Shown here: positions 17,223 through 24,781 of the stretch, one piece after another
Position numbering within the stretch: the first letter of the stretch is position 1
Layout: every line of letters starts with the position of its first letter
From: Candidatus Pacearchaeota archaeon
Lineage (GTDB): Archaea > Nanobdellota > Nanobdellia > Pacearchaeales > GW2011-AR1
Length of the DNA stretch: 32,000 nt
Assembly (NCBI GenBank): GCA_017609085.1
Contig: JAFCEO010000007.1
Location: 1-32,000, forward strand
Direction: 5' to 3'
The notes under the pieces: generated by a model
What the model saw: only the letters and a program-made list of their open reading frames with translations
What the model was told of the DNA's origin: nothing
Database searches by the model: none
Position numbers and translations under genes: made by a program

Positions 17223-17732
17223 ATGGCACGCAAAAAGAAAAGAATAGAAAATAAGGGAAGATGTGTATATGTAACTAGAGAGCTATTGCCCGGAATTTTT
17301 GATACTGAAATCAGAGATAGAAAGGAATTTCTAACATACAATTCTAAAATTTTTACAATTACCCACGTACATTTTGATAAAAAGTATTCTGAGCTATCAT
17401 TTTCTTTAGAGAAAGGAAACGGGTTTAATCTTCCCTATGCTATTATTGGAGAATCTTCTGTTAGACAATTTTTAGCAGATGTTGTTGGCTATACCTTAGA
17501 TAATCCCTATCCTCAACATTTTTTAAAATTTAAAAATATGGTTGGAAAAAAAGTAGAGGTTTTTTTAGATAGGAAGTATATTGAAGGTGTTTGTCCTATT
17601 TTTAAAGCGAGAAAAAGAAAATTTAATCGTCCGAAGAGTAATCCGAATATGGAAGGAAATAGAGCCGAAGATTGGAAATTAGAAGATATTGTCGGAAAAG
17701 ATATTCTTGAAAAAGACGATAATAACAATTAA
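17223..17732 (+). CDS. hypothetical basic protein
   Basis: The track ORF starts at TTG 17211. The ATG at 17223 (MARKKKRIENKGR...) lies about 27 nt downstream of AAATTTAAAT (17191-17200). I recognised no motif. Confidence 0.5.
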   Translation: MARKKKRIENKGRCVYVTRELLPGIFDTEIRDRKEFLTYNSKIFTITHVHFDKKYSELSFSLEKGNGFNLPYAIIGESSVRQFLADVVGYTLDNPYPQHFLKFKNMVGKKVEVFLDRKYIEGVCPIFKARKRKFNRPKSNPNMEGNRAEDWKLEDIVGKDILEKDDNNN

Positions 17733-17751
17733 CCTTGTTACTTAAAATAAA

Positions 17752-18933
17752 TTAAATAATCTCCCCAAAACCTATCAATCTCCAATGTCCATTGATGTTT
17801 CTTGCAATTCCGATACTTTCTCCCTTTAGTGGAACGATAGGTATTTTTAAATAAATTTCTGCTTCATTATCTTTTAATTTCGTGATTTGACCAACAGTTA
17901 TACTTGTATTTACACTTAATAAAACACTTTCATTTAATTTAAGAGGTTCTACACCCATGGACTTTTCTGCTCCTAAAACTTCTTTAAATAAAGAAAACTT
18001 AATTTTTATTTTATCTGAGATTTCTGGTAAGTTTCCTTCGAGACTGGCAAGACAGCCAGATAAAGAATCTGCTTTTGTTAATTCTGGAGAAAGTTCTGTT
18101 TCTAAAGCTAAACTTCCACCGGGTGTAGCTTCGTTAATCATATAATTACCTCTACGTATCGAGATAATTTTTGTTTTGATAGTTTTGTAAAAAAACTGAT
18201 TTGCTTTTTTTTCGCTGATTCCAGGTTTGATTTCGATAACAGAGCCTACCTTAAGTTTGCCTTGCTTTAAAATCCCTCCAAGAACACCTCCACGCAACTT
18301 CGAAACAGCGGTTCCTGGCTTATTGATATCAAAACTTCTTGCTATTAAAAAAATTGGATTTCCTGTTTTTCTTTCAGGAATTTTCAGATTCATCAAGGCA
18401 GATTTAACTTTATCTATGTTGATATTTTGCTGAGCAGAAACAGGAATAATGAGAGCATTTTCAGCTATTGTCCCTTTAATAAAATTTTTAATTTCTTGAT
18501 AATTTTTTTCAGCTTCTTCTTTTGTTACTAAATCAATTTTGTTCTGAACTATAATTATCTGGTTTATTTTTTTAGTTTGTAATGCAATCAAATGTTCTCT
18601 AGTTTGTGGTTTTATCCCCTCATTTGCCGCTATTACAAGTATGGCTGCGTCTATAATTGCAGCTCCTGAAAGCATAGTTGCCATTAACATTTCATGCCCT
18701 GGAACATCAATGAAACTTACATATCTCCTTTTTTTCCCGTCTTCAAGAATTGTATCGGCATATCCGAGTTTGATAGTTATTCCTCTTTTCAATTCTTCTG
18801 AATGAGTATCTGCAAACTTACCTGTCAATCTATAAAGAAGAGTCGTTTTGCCATGGTCTATATGTCCTACTAAACCAACATTCAACATCTCTATTTCGCT
18901 AACGTCAAGTTTTTCTTCTTTATTGTTGGTCAT
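17752..18933 (-). CDS. eif2g: translation initiation factor aIF2 gamma subunit
   Basis: It has the G-domain motifs NVGLVGHIDHGKTTL, RGITIKLGYA, FIDVPGHE and QNKIDL, and is 393 aa including domains II and III. Confidence 0.9.
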   Translation of the reverse strand: MTNNKEEKLDVSEIEMLNVGLVGHIDHGKTTLLYRLTGKFADTHSEELKRGITIKLGYADTILEDGKKRRYVSFIDVPGHEMLMATMLSGAAIIDAAILVIAANEGIKPQTREHLIALQTKKINQIIIVQNKIDLVTKEEAEKNYQEIKNFIKGTIAENALIIPVSAQQNINIDKVKSALMNLKIPERKTGNPIFLIARSFDINKPGTAVSKLRGGVLGGILKQGKLKVGSVIEIKPGISEKKANQFFYKTIKTKIISIRRGNYMINEATPGGSLALETELSPELTKADSLSGCLASLEGNLPEISDKIKIKFSLFKEVLGAEKSMGVEPLKLNESVLLSVNTSITVGQITKLKDNEAEIYLKIPIVPLKGESIGIARNINGHWRLIGFGEII

Positions 18934-19010
18934 GATTATAAAATAATATGTTTTCTTTTAAAGCTTTCCTTTTTTCTTTAAAGCTCCTTTTAAGAAAAGA
19001 ATTATTTTAT

Positions 19011-19304
19011 TTAATTTTCCTCTTTTTTATCTGTTTTTTCTTCAATTTTATCGCTTTTCTTCTTCTCTTTTTCTTCCTTTTTCTCCATTTCTTTTTCTTC
19101 AGCTTCTTCTTTGATTTCTGCAATCATTTCAGCTCTTGTATGTTTCATCTTTTTAATCCATTTAACTTTCCTGCTTTTTCTTCCAAGCTGAAAATTCTTT
19201 CTACACTTACTAGAACAAAAATGTAAAACAGAACCGTCATTTAAGACTAATGTAAGTCCATAAGGAAATTCATACATTTTTTGACAAAAGGAACATTTTG
19301 GCAT
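19011..19304 (-). CDS. rpl24e: 50S ribosomal protein L24e with a Glu/Lys-rich C-terminal extension
   Basis: MPKCSFCQKMYEFPYGLTLVLNDGSVLHFCSSKCRKNF is the L24e zinc-ribbon signature. The tail is EIKEEAEEKEMEKKEEKEKKKSDKIEEKTDKKEEN. Confidence 0.9.
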   Translation of the reverse strand: MPKCSFCQKMYEFPYGLTLVLNDGSVLHFCSSKCRKNFQLGRKSRKVKWIKKMKHTRAEMIAEIKEEAEEKEMEKKEEKEKKKSDKIEEKTDKKEEN

Positions 19305-19305
19305 T

Positions 19306-19533
19306 TTAAATTATAGCTGAAATATTTACTTGATAACCATTCTCCGCTCTTTCACATTTTACATTATAAGTATTAGGATCAAGATAATTTTCAATTCTAG
19401 CTGCTTCCTCTTCATTTGAAGCTGTTACTTTAACTACCTCATAAGGATTTTGAGTTCTTACTAAAACAGTATCCAAATTATATAAGAAAGATTCAAAATC
19501 TATATTTCCATTAGAATCTCTTGGAATTTCCAT
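19306..19533 (-). CDS. hypothetical 75-aa protein inserted between rps28e and rpl24e
   Basis: An ORF with TAA-N-ATG junctions on both sides: S28e stop 19535-19537 then ATG 19533, and its own stop 19306-19308 then the L24e ATG at 19304. I recognised no motif. Confidence 0.55.
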   Translation of the reverse strand: MEIPRDSNGNIDFESFLYNLDTVLVRTQNPYEVVKVTASNEEEAARIENYLDPNTYNVKCERAENGYQVNISAII

Positions 19534-19534
19534 T

Positions 19535-19834
19535 TTAACTAAATGCACCTTTTGTAACTTTACTTTTAATTTTTCTTGCTTCTATAGCGGTTTCACGTAA
19601 CATTAAAATATCTCTTAATCTTACAGGCCCTTTAACATTTCTTCTCATAACTTTGCCTCTATCTGCTCCTTGTAAAACCCTGCACTTAACTTGAGTAATC
19701 TCTCCTCTAAATCCTGTCCTGCCAACTATATCTTCTACAATAGCTGGAACAGCTTCTCCTACTAATATCTTTTCTGTTCCTTTTGTCGAACTACTTTTAC
19801 CTTCTTTAATTTTTTGCTGTTTTTTTGAGCCCAT
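19535..19834 (-). CDS. rps28e: 30S ribosomal protein S28e with N- and C-terminal extensions
   Basis: The core [59 protein letters not shown] matches S28e. It is preceded by about 25 aa rich in Lys and Ser. Confidence 0.9.
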   Translation of the reverse strand: MGSKKQQKIKEGKSSSTKGTEKILVGEAVPAIVEDIVGRTGFRGEITQVKCRVLQGADRGKVMRRNVKGPVRLRDILMLRETAIEARKIKSKVTKGAFS

Positions 19835-19923
19835 TTTTAACTAAATATTTTTAATTAACAACAGCGACATTTTTCCTTCTACAAATTTCCTTTTTCAAAG
19901 CTTCAAAAAGTTTATCTGGCATT

Positions 19924-20223
19924 TTAATTCTTTTTCTCTTCGATTTGAGCTTCTCCAGAGTCAATTATTGCAACACTTGCACATCTCACATTCAATCCAG
20001 CAGCAACTCCTAATTTCTCTTTACTGTCAACTGTTTCGCATTTTATTCCTTTTTCCTTACATAAAATAGGTAAATGTTGAACAATTTCTTTTGGTTCAAC
20101 ATCGTCTGCAATCACAACCATCTTGGCTGTTCCTCTTTCTACAGCTTTTGTAACTTCGTTTGTTCCTTTTTCAATCTTACCTGTTTTTCTTGCTTTTTCA
20201 ACTATCTCATATACAGAAACCAT
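19924..20223 (-). CDS. rpl7ae: 50S ribosomal protein L7Ae
   Basis: [46 protein letters not shown] is the L7Ae signature. I prefer the ATG at 20223 because GGGAGG lies 4 nt upstream; the track start is 20235. TTTATAAA sits at 20274-20281 upstream. Confidence 0.9.
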   Translation of the reverse strand: MVSVYEIVEKARKTGKIEKGTNEVTKAVERGTAKMVVIADDVEPKEIVQHLPILCKEKGIKCETVDSKEKLGVAAGLNVRCASVAIIDSGEAQIEEKKN

Positions 20224-20539
20224 TTTGCCTCCCATTTGATCATTGGTTTAATAAGTTAATCACAAAAGAAGGGTTTATAAAGTTTTTCCATTTAGTAGTA
20301 CCTTCAAAAGTTAATAACATATCAACTAGATTTTTTAGAATTAGTTCTAGTAAATTTTCCAAATAAAGAATATGTCACATCATTTAAGAAATAATCATAA
20401 AAAACAAATTTGGAGGGAATAAATTTTTTTTCGATTCCTTTCTTCAAATTTTTAGAAAAAATACTGAAGTTAATAAAAAGGAGTTGAGATAATTTAGGAA
20501 AGTTTAAAATGAGAGAATCTGCTAAGAGAAATAACCTCA

Positions 20540-21734
20540 TTATTTTTGATTGTTGAAAAGGGCTTTAACTTCGTCGGGTGAAAGAGCTCTTGAAAAAATC
20601 ATAAAGTCATCAACTGAACCGTTGAAATAATTACCAGTTGCGTCCTTTCCTATCCAAAAACTAGATGCATAGTTATTGTAATATCCTTCTTCATCCTGAT
20701 AACTTAAAATTAAAGAACTGTTTTTATATAAAGTAATTTTTACCCTACTCTCATTAACATCCCACACTGCAACGAAAAATGTCCATTTTCCTTCGTTAAA
20801 TCCTAAATTTTTCACTATTTTAGTTTTCGTAGAACCGCTAGAATTTACCCACCTAATATATAAAGTATCAGTATTTCTAAAAAATATTTGATAGTTATTT
20901 GCTTTGCCTCCGGCTGCTCCCAGTAATTTTGAATATCGTTGAGTAAAAATACCTCTCTTAACCCAAAAAGCTACTGTTTTTGTAGGAATTTTGATATCGT
21001 CATGAGTTATGTCAATATAACTGCTCACCCCATTAAATTTTGCAACTGTCCCGCGTTCAGAATCTTCAACAAATTCTACTTCATTAATAATTCCTTCATT
21101 TCCTCCTACGTTATCTACTGCGTTTCCGTCAAACTTCCACCACCTTATTAATCCTTCAGGAATCTGTTCTGTAGATTCTCCTTCACTTTCTTCAGTTGAT
21201 TCACTTCCCTCTTCAGATGAGGTCTCTTCTTCAGTTGATTCAGTTTCCTCTTCGGTTGAAGTTTCTTCTTCAGACGAGGCTTCCTCTTTAGTTTCTCCTC
21301 CAATCGATTCTTTTTTTATGACTGATTCTGGTGCAGAAACAACTACCCCTATAGAAGAACCGAATATAGGAACAAGCGAAACTTTTTCTATTCCAAAAAG
21401 TTGAGGATAATCTTCAACCTTAAATTCACAAATCTCTGTTTTTAATTCTTCAGGAATTCGGCAATTTTCACTATCGTCTTTAACTTCTATAATTTCGCTA
21501 GTTCCGTCCTTTTTTTCAAAAATAAATTTTAGTCCGGTTATATTTCCTTCCCCAACATTTCTTTTTACTGTTATTTTTGCTCCTCCATCAACGAATAATT
21601 CAACATTTTTAATTTCTAAAGAATTTGATTAAAGGCATAACAATATTCCACACAATTACAATTGTTGTCAGAACAATAAGAATAAGTAAAATTATTACTA
21701 TTGTATTCGTTTGCCCTCGCGCAGGTTTTTTCAT
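20540..21734 (-). pseudogene. class III signal-peptide (pilin-like) / acidic linker / LamG-domain surface protein, interrupted by a +1 frame change
   Basis: Frame A (ATG 21734) encodes MKKPARG|QTNTIVIILLILIVLTTIVIVW... and stops at 21609-21611. Frame B is free of stops from 21628 to 20540 (362 codons) but has no ATG, GTG or TTG before the GTG at 21028. The C-terminus has a LamG-type signature (FNGSVDDFMIFSRALSPDEV). Confidence 0.6.
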
Positions 21735-21770
21735 TTTCTCTTTTTTTCATTTATTAAAAGTAAGTGCAAA

Positions 21771-22757
21771 TTATAAATTTTTCCACTTCACTTCGACATC
21801 ATCTGTCCTTTGCCTTGGTATAATATCTAGTTTCTCTATTTGTTTTCCCTTTATTTTTATACCCTCTCTGAACATAATTTTTCCGAGAAAAGCTATCATT
21901 GCTCCATTATCTACCAAAAGAGAATTCTCAGGAACAAAAAATTTCGCACCCCTCTCTTTACACATTATCTTACACATTTCTTGTAATCGGGAATTACAAG
22001 CAACACCTCCTCCTAATAGTAATTCTTTTTTGCAAGTATGAGCCATTGCCCTTTCAGCAGCCTCAACCAGCATTGCAAAAACAGTTTCTTGTAAAGAAAA
22101 AGCCAAATCCTCAATTTTATATTTTCCACTATCCAACATTTGCTTCAATTTTGTTAAAATTCCAGAAAAAGCGACATCCATTCCTTTGATTGAATAAGGA
22201 AGTTCTACATATTTTCCTTTTTTCGCCAATTCTTGAATTTTAGGGCCTCCAGGAAAACCAATACCAGCATATCTAGCGAAAGTATCAATAAAATTCCCTA
22301 CCCCCAAATCTAAAGTTTCTCCAAAAATCCTATATTTTCCCCCAGCATAAGCAATTATCTGAGTGTTTGCTCCTGAAGCATATAATAAAACAGGATCTCT
22401 TGCTCCTGTAAGTTGTCCAATTTCAAGATGAGCTATGCAGTGGTTGACCGGGATAACAGGAACATTAAGCTTTTTAGCAAGCTTTTTTGTAAATTTCAAT
22501 CCCTCAATTAAACAAGGAGCAAGTCCAGGAGCTTGAGAAAAAGCGATAGCTGTTATATTTTTCTCGCTTATATCTGCTTGTTTTAGAGCTTCTTTTAAAA
22601 CTTTATCTGCAGATTCTCGATGATGCTCTGCAGCTTGCATGGGAATTATCCCTCCTTTTTCAGTTGTATAAGAATCTTTAACATTTGCCAAAATCTTATC
22701 TTTGTCTACGATTCCAATTCCGAACGTGTGGGCAGTAGATTCAATTCCTAAAATCAT
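21771..22757 (-). CDS. kae1: tRNA N6-adenosine threonylcarbamoyltransferase Kae1
   Basis: 328 aa. ILGIESTAHTFGIGIV, NHCIAHLE and GGGVACNSRL are Kae1/TsaD signatures. There is no fused Bud32 domain. Confidence 0.9.
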   Translation of the reverse strand: MILGIESTAHTFGIGIVDKDKILANVKDSYTTEKGGIIPMQAAEHHRESADKVLKEALKQADISEKNITAIAFSQAPGLAPCLIEGLKFTKKLAKKLNVPVIPVNHCIAHLEIGQLTGARDPVLLYASGANTQIIAYAGGKYRIFGETLDLGVGNFIDTFARYAGIGFPGGPKIQELAKKGKYVELPYSIKGMDVAFSGILTKLKQMLDSGKYKIEDLAFSLQETVFAMLVEAAERAMAHTCKKELLLGGGVACNSRLQEMCKIMCKERGAKFFVPENSLLVDNGAMIAFLGKIMFREGIKIKGKQIEKLDIIPRQRTDDVEVKWKNL

Positions 22758-23487
22758 TTTCCAGTTCTCTAATTTCCTTTTTTATTTTTTTGTAATCCTC
22801 GATTGTTCCAATATCATACCAAGTTTCAGTAAACACAAAACCCCCAATATCTTTGCCTTGTTCAATAAATTCTTTAATGACATACCCGATATTTTCTTTA
22901 TTTTTATCTGATTTAATATATTCTTTTAAATCAGGGAGAGATTTTCTAGGGAAGATAAACGCTCCAGCATTAATTAATGTCGACTTGGGATTTTCTGGCT
23001 TTTCTTCAAAACTGATAATTTTATCTTCTTGTATCCCTAAAACACCGAATTTCTTAACTTTTTCTTTATCTTTTAAGTCATGTAAAGCAACACAAATACT
23101 CTTATTTTCCTGAAAAAAATCAACAAATCTTTTTAAAGGAAAATTAAAATATAAGTCGCCAAATAAAACTAAAATGTCATCATTACATTCTTTTAAAGCA
23201 AGAGCAAAGTCCATAACTCCTCCTAATTTTTCCTCATTTTTCCAAGTTCCATCGTTAAGAATTTCTATCTTATCATTGTCTTCTAATTCTTTCCATTCAA
23301 CAAATTTCTTATAAAACTTGCTGTTAGTTACAACAAAAATTTTATCAATTTCTCTAATATTCTGTAAATTTTTTATTGTATATGTTAATAAAGGAATTTT
23401 GTTCACCAACAATAAAGCTTTAGATTCATTAATAGTTAGAGGATATAAACGAGTGGCATAACCTGCACATAATATTATAGCCTTCAT
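22741..23487 (-). CDS. sugar-phosphate nucleotidyltransferase (NTP_transferase family)
   Basis: MKAIILCAGYATRLYPLT matches the G-x-G-x-R type N-terminus. The protein is 248 aa and its 3' end overlaps the kae1 start by 17 nt. Confidence 0.8.
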   Translation of the reverse strand: MKAIILCAGYATRLYPLTINESKALLLVNKIPLLTYTIKNLQNIREIDKIFVVTNSKFYKKFVEWKELEDNDKIEILNDGTWKNEEKLGGVMDFALALKECNDDILVLFGDLYFNFPLKRFVDFFQENKSICVALHDLKDKEKVKKFGVLGIQEDKIISFEEKPENPKSTLINAGAFIFPRKSLPDLKEYIKSDKNKENIGYVIKEFIEQGKDIGGFVFTETWYDIGTIEDYKKIKKEIRELENDFRN

Positions 23488-23571
23488 AAAAGAACTTGAG
23501 AAATAGAATTTATAAATTTATCAAAAAGAAAAAATAGTAAAAAATAACAAAATAAAATATGCCTTAGCCCC

Positions 23572-23730
23572 TTACTTCTTTTTCTTCTTTTTTGCTTTCT
23601 TTTTGGCAGTTTTCTTCTTTTTCTTGCCACCCCTTGCCATCTTTGCTTCACAAACATTTCCCTTACTGTCAACATAATACAGATAACCAGGTTTTCTTTT
23701 CACGACGTTCTTAGCAATGATTTTTCCCAT
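23572..23730 (-). CDS. small basic protein (52 aa) absent from the ORF track
   Basis: The minus strand reads AAAAAGGAGGTAAAA-ATG. The product is MGKIIAKNVVKRKPGYLYYVDSKGNVCEAKMARGGKKKKKTAKKKAKKKKKK. GGAGGT lies 4 nt upstream of the ATG. Confidence 0.6.
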   Translation of the reverse strand: MGKIIAKNVVKRKPGYLYYVDSKGNVCEAKMARGGKKKKKTAKKKAKKKKKK

Positions 23731-23777
23731 TTTTACCTCCTTTTTGATTATTTATTATATAAACAAATCACTCGTAT

Positions 23778-24113
23778 TTAAATTTTTCTATTTTCGTCGA
23801 GAATTCTTGATTCTTTATCCCCATTCATAGGAATTTCTAAAAGTTCTGTAAAAGAGCTGCTTGGCTTAACAAATAAAGAAAATGGTCTTATAATCTTTTT
23901 GTCGACGGGTTTTCCATCTTTCAACCAGATTGCCTTAAAAGGTTTACAAAAGAAAGAATGTATTGGTTGTCTTGTGGCATTTTTGAATATAAAAAGCAAC
24001 GGCTTTGGATTTTTTCTGAACATCAAACCTCTTGCTTTCGAAAAGAAACTGTCGCAAATCTCTGCCTCTATAATTTTATCTGCAACCTTTATTCTTTTAC
24101 TCTTTTTTTTCAT
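23778..24113 (-). CDS. DUF192 family protein
   Basis: SKARGLMFR...LLFIF.....IHSFFCKPFKAIWL..GK.V.......P........ELLEIP fits the DUF192 pattern. Confidence 0.7.
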   Translation of the reverse strand: MKKKSKRIKVADKIIEAEICDSFFSKARGLMFRKNPKPLLFIFKNATRQPIHSFFCKPFKAIWLKDGKPVDKKIIRPFSLFVKPSSSFTELLEIPMNGDKESRILDENRKI

Positions 24114-24480
24114 TTTCTTTATAAATTTTATATAGTTTTTTTACATTTTTTTCATTAACGATATTGTGGTGTTTAAATCCTCCTCCGAAAGATTTTGGAA
24201 TATGCATCAATTCGTGTATTAAAACTTTATCTTGTTCTTCCCTCGTCATTTTGTCAAATCTTTCTGATATAACCTCAATAATGTAAACAGCTTTAATTCC
24301 CAAACATTTTTGCCATATTTTGCCTAAAGCATGACATCTTGCAATAGTGTTTCTAGACGCAGAACCAAAACTTCTAACAGCGTAAACTCCTGAAAATTTT
24401 ATATGATTCATACCAATTTTTTTGGCTATATCGTACAACCTCGACATTATATCCTCTGCTTTTTCATATCTTATCGACAT
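24097..24480 (-). CDS. predicted zinc metallopeptidase (HExxH)
   Basis: 127 aa containing VLIHELMHIPKSFGGGFKHH. It resembles small archaeal predicted metallopeptidases. It overlaps the DUF192 gene by 17 nt. Confidence 0.6.
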   Translation of the reverse strand: MSIRYEKAEDIMSRLYDIAKKIGMNHIKFSGVYAVRSFGSASRNTIARCHALGKIWQKCLGIKAVYIIEVISERFDKMTREEQDKVLIHELMHIPKSFGGGFKHHNIVNEKNVKKLYKIYKENEKKE

Positions 24481-24521
24481 TTTACAAAAGATTATTTCAT
24501 CTAAAATTTTAATAATACACT

Positions 24522-24731
24522 CTATTCTATCTCCAAGATTTTGTTTTTATTTTTCGCACCCCTAACAATTTTTATTTTTTTCCTAAAATATTTTTTTAAA
24601 AAGTTTAAAAGTTCTATATTTGCTTTATTATCTTCGGGAGAGTTTTTTAAATAAACAAGATAATTATCTTCTTCAATTTTAACAATTTCCTGTTTTCCCG
24701 AGCGAGGCTTAACTTTAACTTTTATTCGCAT
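24522..24731 (-). CDS. DUF167 (YggU/UPF0235) family protein
   Basis: 69 aa. IKVKVKPRSGKQEI....L.VYLKNSPEDNKANIELLNFLKKYF...IKIVRGAKNKNKILEI fits the DUF167 pattern. Confidence 0.75.
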   Translation of the reverse strand: MRIKVKVKPRSGKQEIVKIEEDNYLVYLKNSPEDNKANIELLNFLKKYFRKKIKIVRGAKNKNKILEIE

Positions 24732-24738
24732 AATTATT

Positions 24739-24769
24739 TATGATAAGTAATTTATTTAAACTTATCATA
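24739..24769. promoter_or_regulatory. 10-bp perfect inverted repeat flanking a shared TATA element in a divergent promoter
   Basis: TATGATAAGT (24739-24748), an 11-nt spacer, then ACTTATCATA (24760-24769). The spacer region carries TTTATTTAAA (24751-24760). It lies about 24.5 nt from the DUF167 ATG (24731) and about 26.5 nt from the Nudix ATG (24782). Confidence 0.45.
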
Positions 24770-24781
24770 TTTTATTAAAAA

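Noticed and set aside
18934-19010. Two tandem copies of TCTTT(T)AAAGCT between rpl24e and the aIF2-gamma start.
   Set aside because: They are most simply read as TATA-like boxes (CTTTAAAG) for aIF2-gamma, with the proximal one about 25 nt from the ATG. They are too short and too AT-rich to call a repeat element.
18948-19226. 92-aa plus-strand ORF extremely rich in Phe and Leu.
   Set aside because: It is the antisense of the Glu/Lys-rich tail of rpl24e (GAA/AAA read as TTC/TTT). Its start also lies in the aIF2-gamma promoter region, so it is a compositional artefact.
20236-20539. I searched the 300-nt spacer upstream of rpl7ae for a C/D-box sRNA or a kink-turn autoregulatory element.
   Set aside because: I found no RUGAUGA C box on either strand, only one isolated CTGA, and could draw no convincing K-turn by hand. 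A covariance search would be needed.
20322-20540. 72-aa minus-strand ORF in the gap between the LamG gene and rpl7ae.
   Set aside because: Its sequence is low-complexity, it abuts the LamG stop by 1 nt with no start context, and it lies in the rpl7ae upstream region. It is probably non-coding.
21605-21630. Programmed +1 ribosomal frameshifting as the explanation for the split pilin/LamG gene.
   Set aside because: It is not excluded, but I see no known +1 shift site (such as the CUU-UGA-C or CUU-AGG-C types) and no obvious downstream structure. An indel, real or an assembly artefact, is more parsimonious. It stays as an alternative inside the finding.
23484-23675. 63-aa minus-strand ORF (MLTVREMFVKQRWQGVARKRRKLPKRKQ...).
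   Set aside because: It has no SD or TATA in a suitable position, and its C-terminal half is poly-Phe/Leu junk. A different frame of the same strand gives a better 52-aa ORF with a GGAGGT site (23572-23730).
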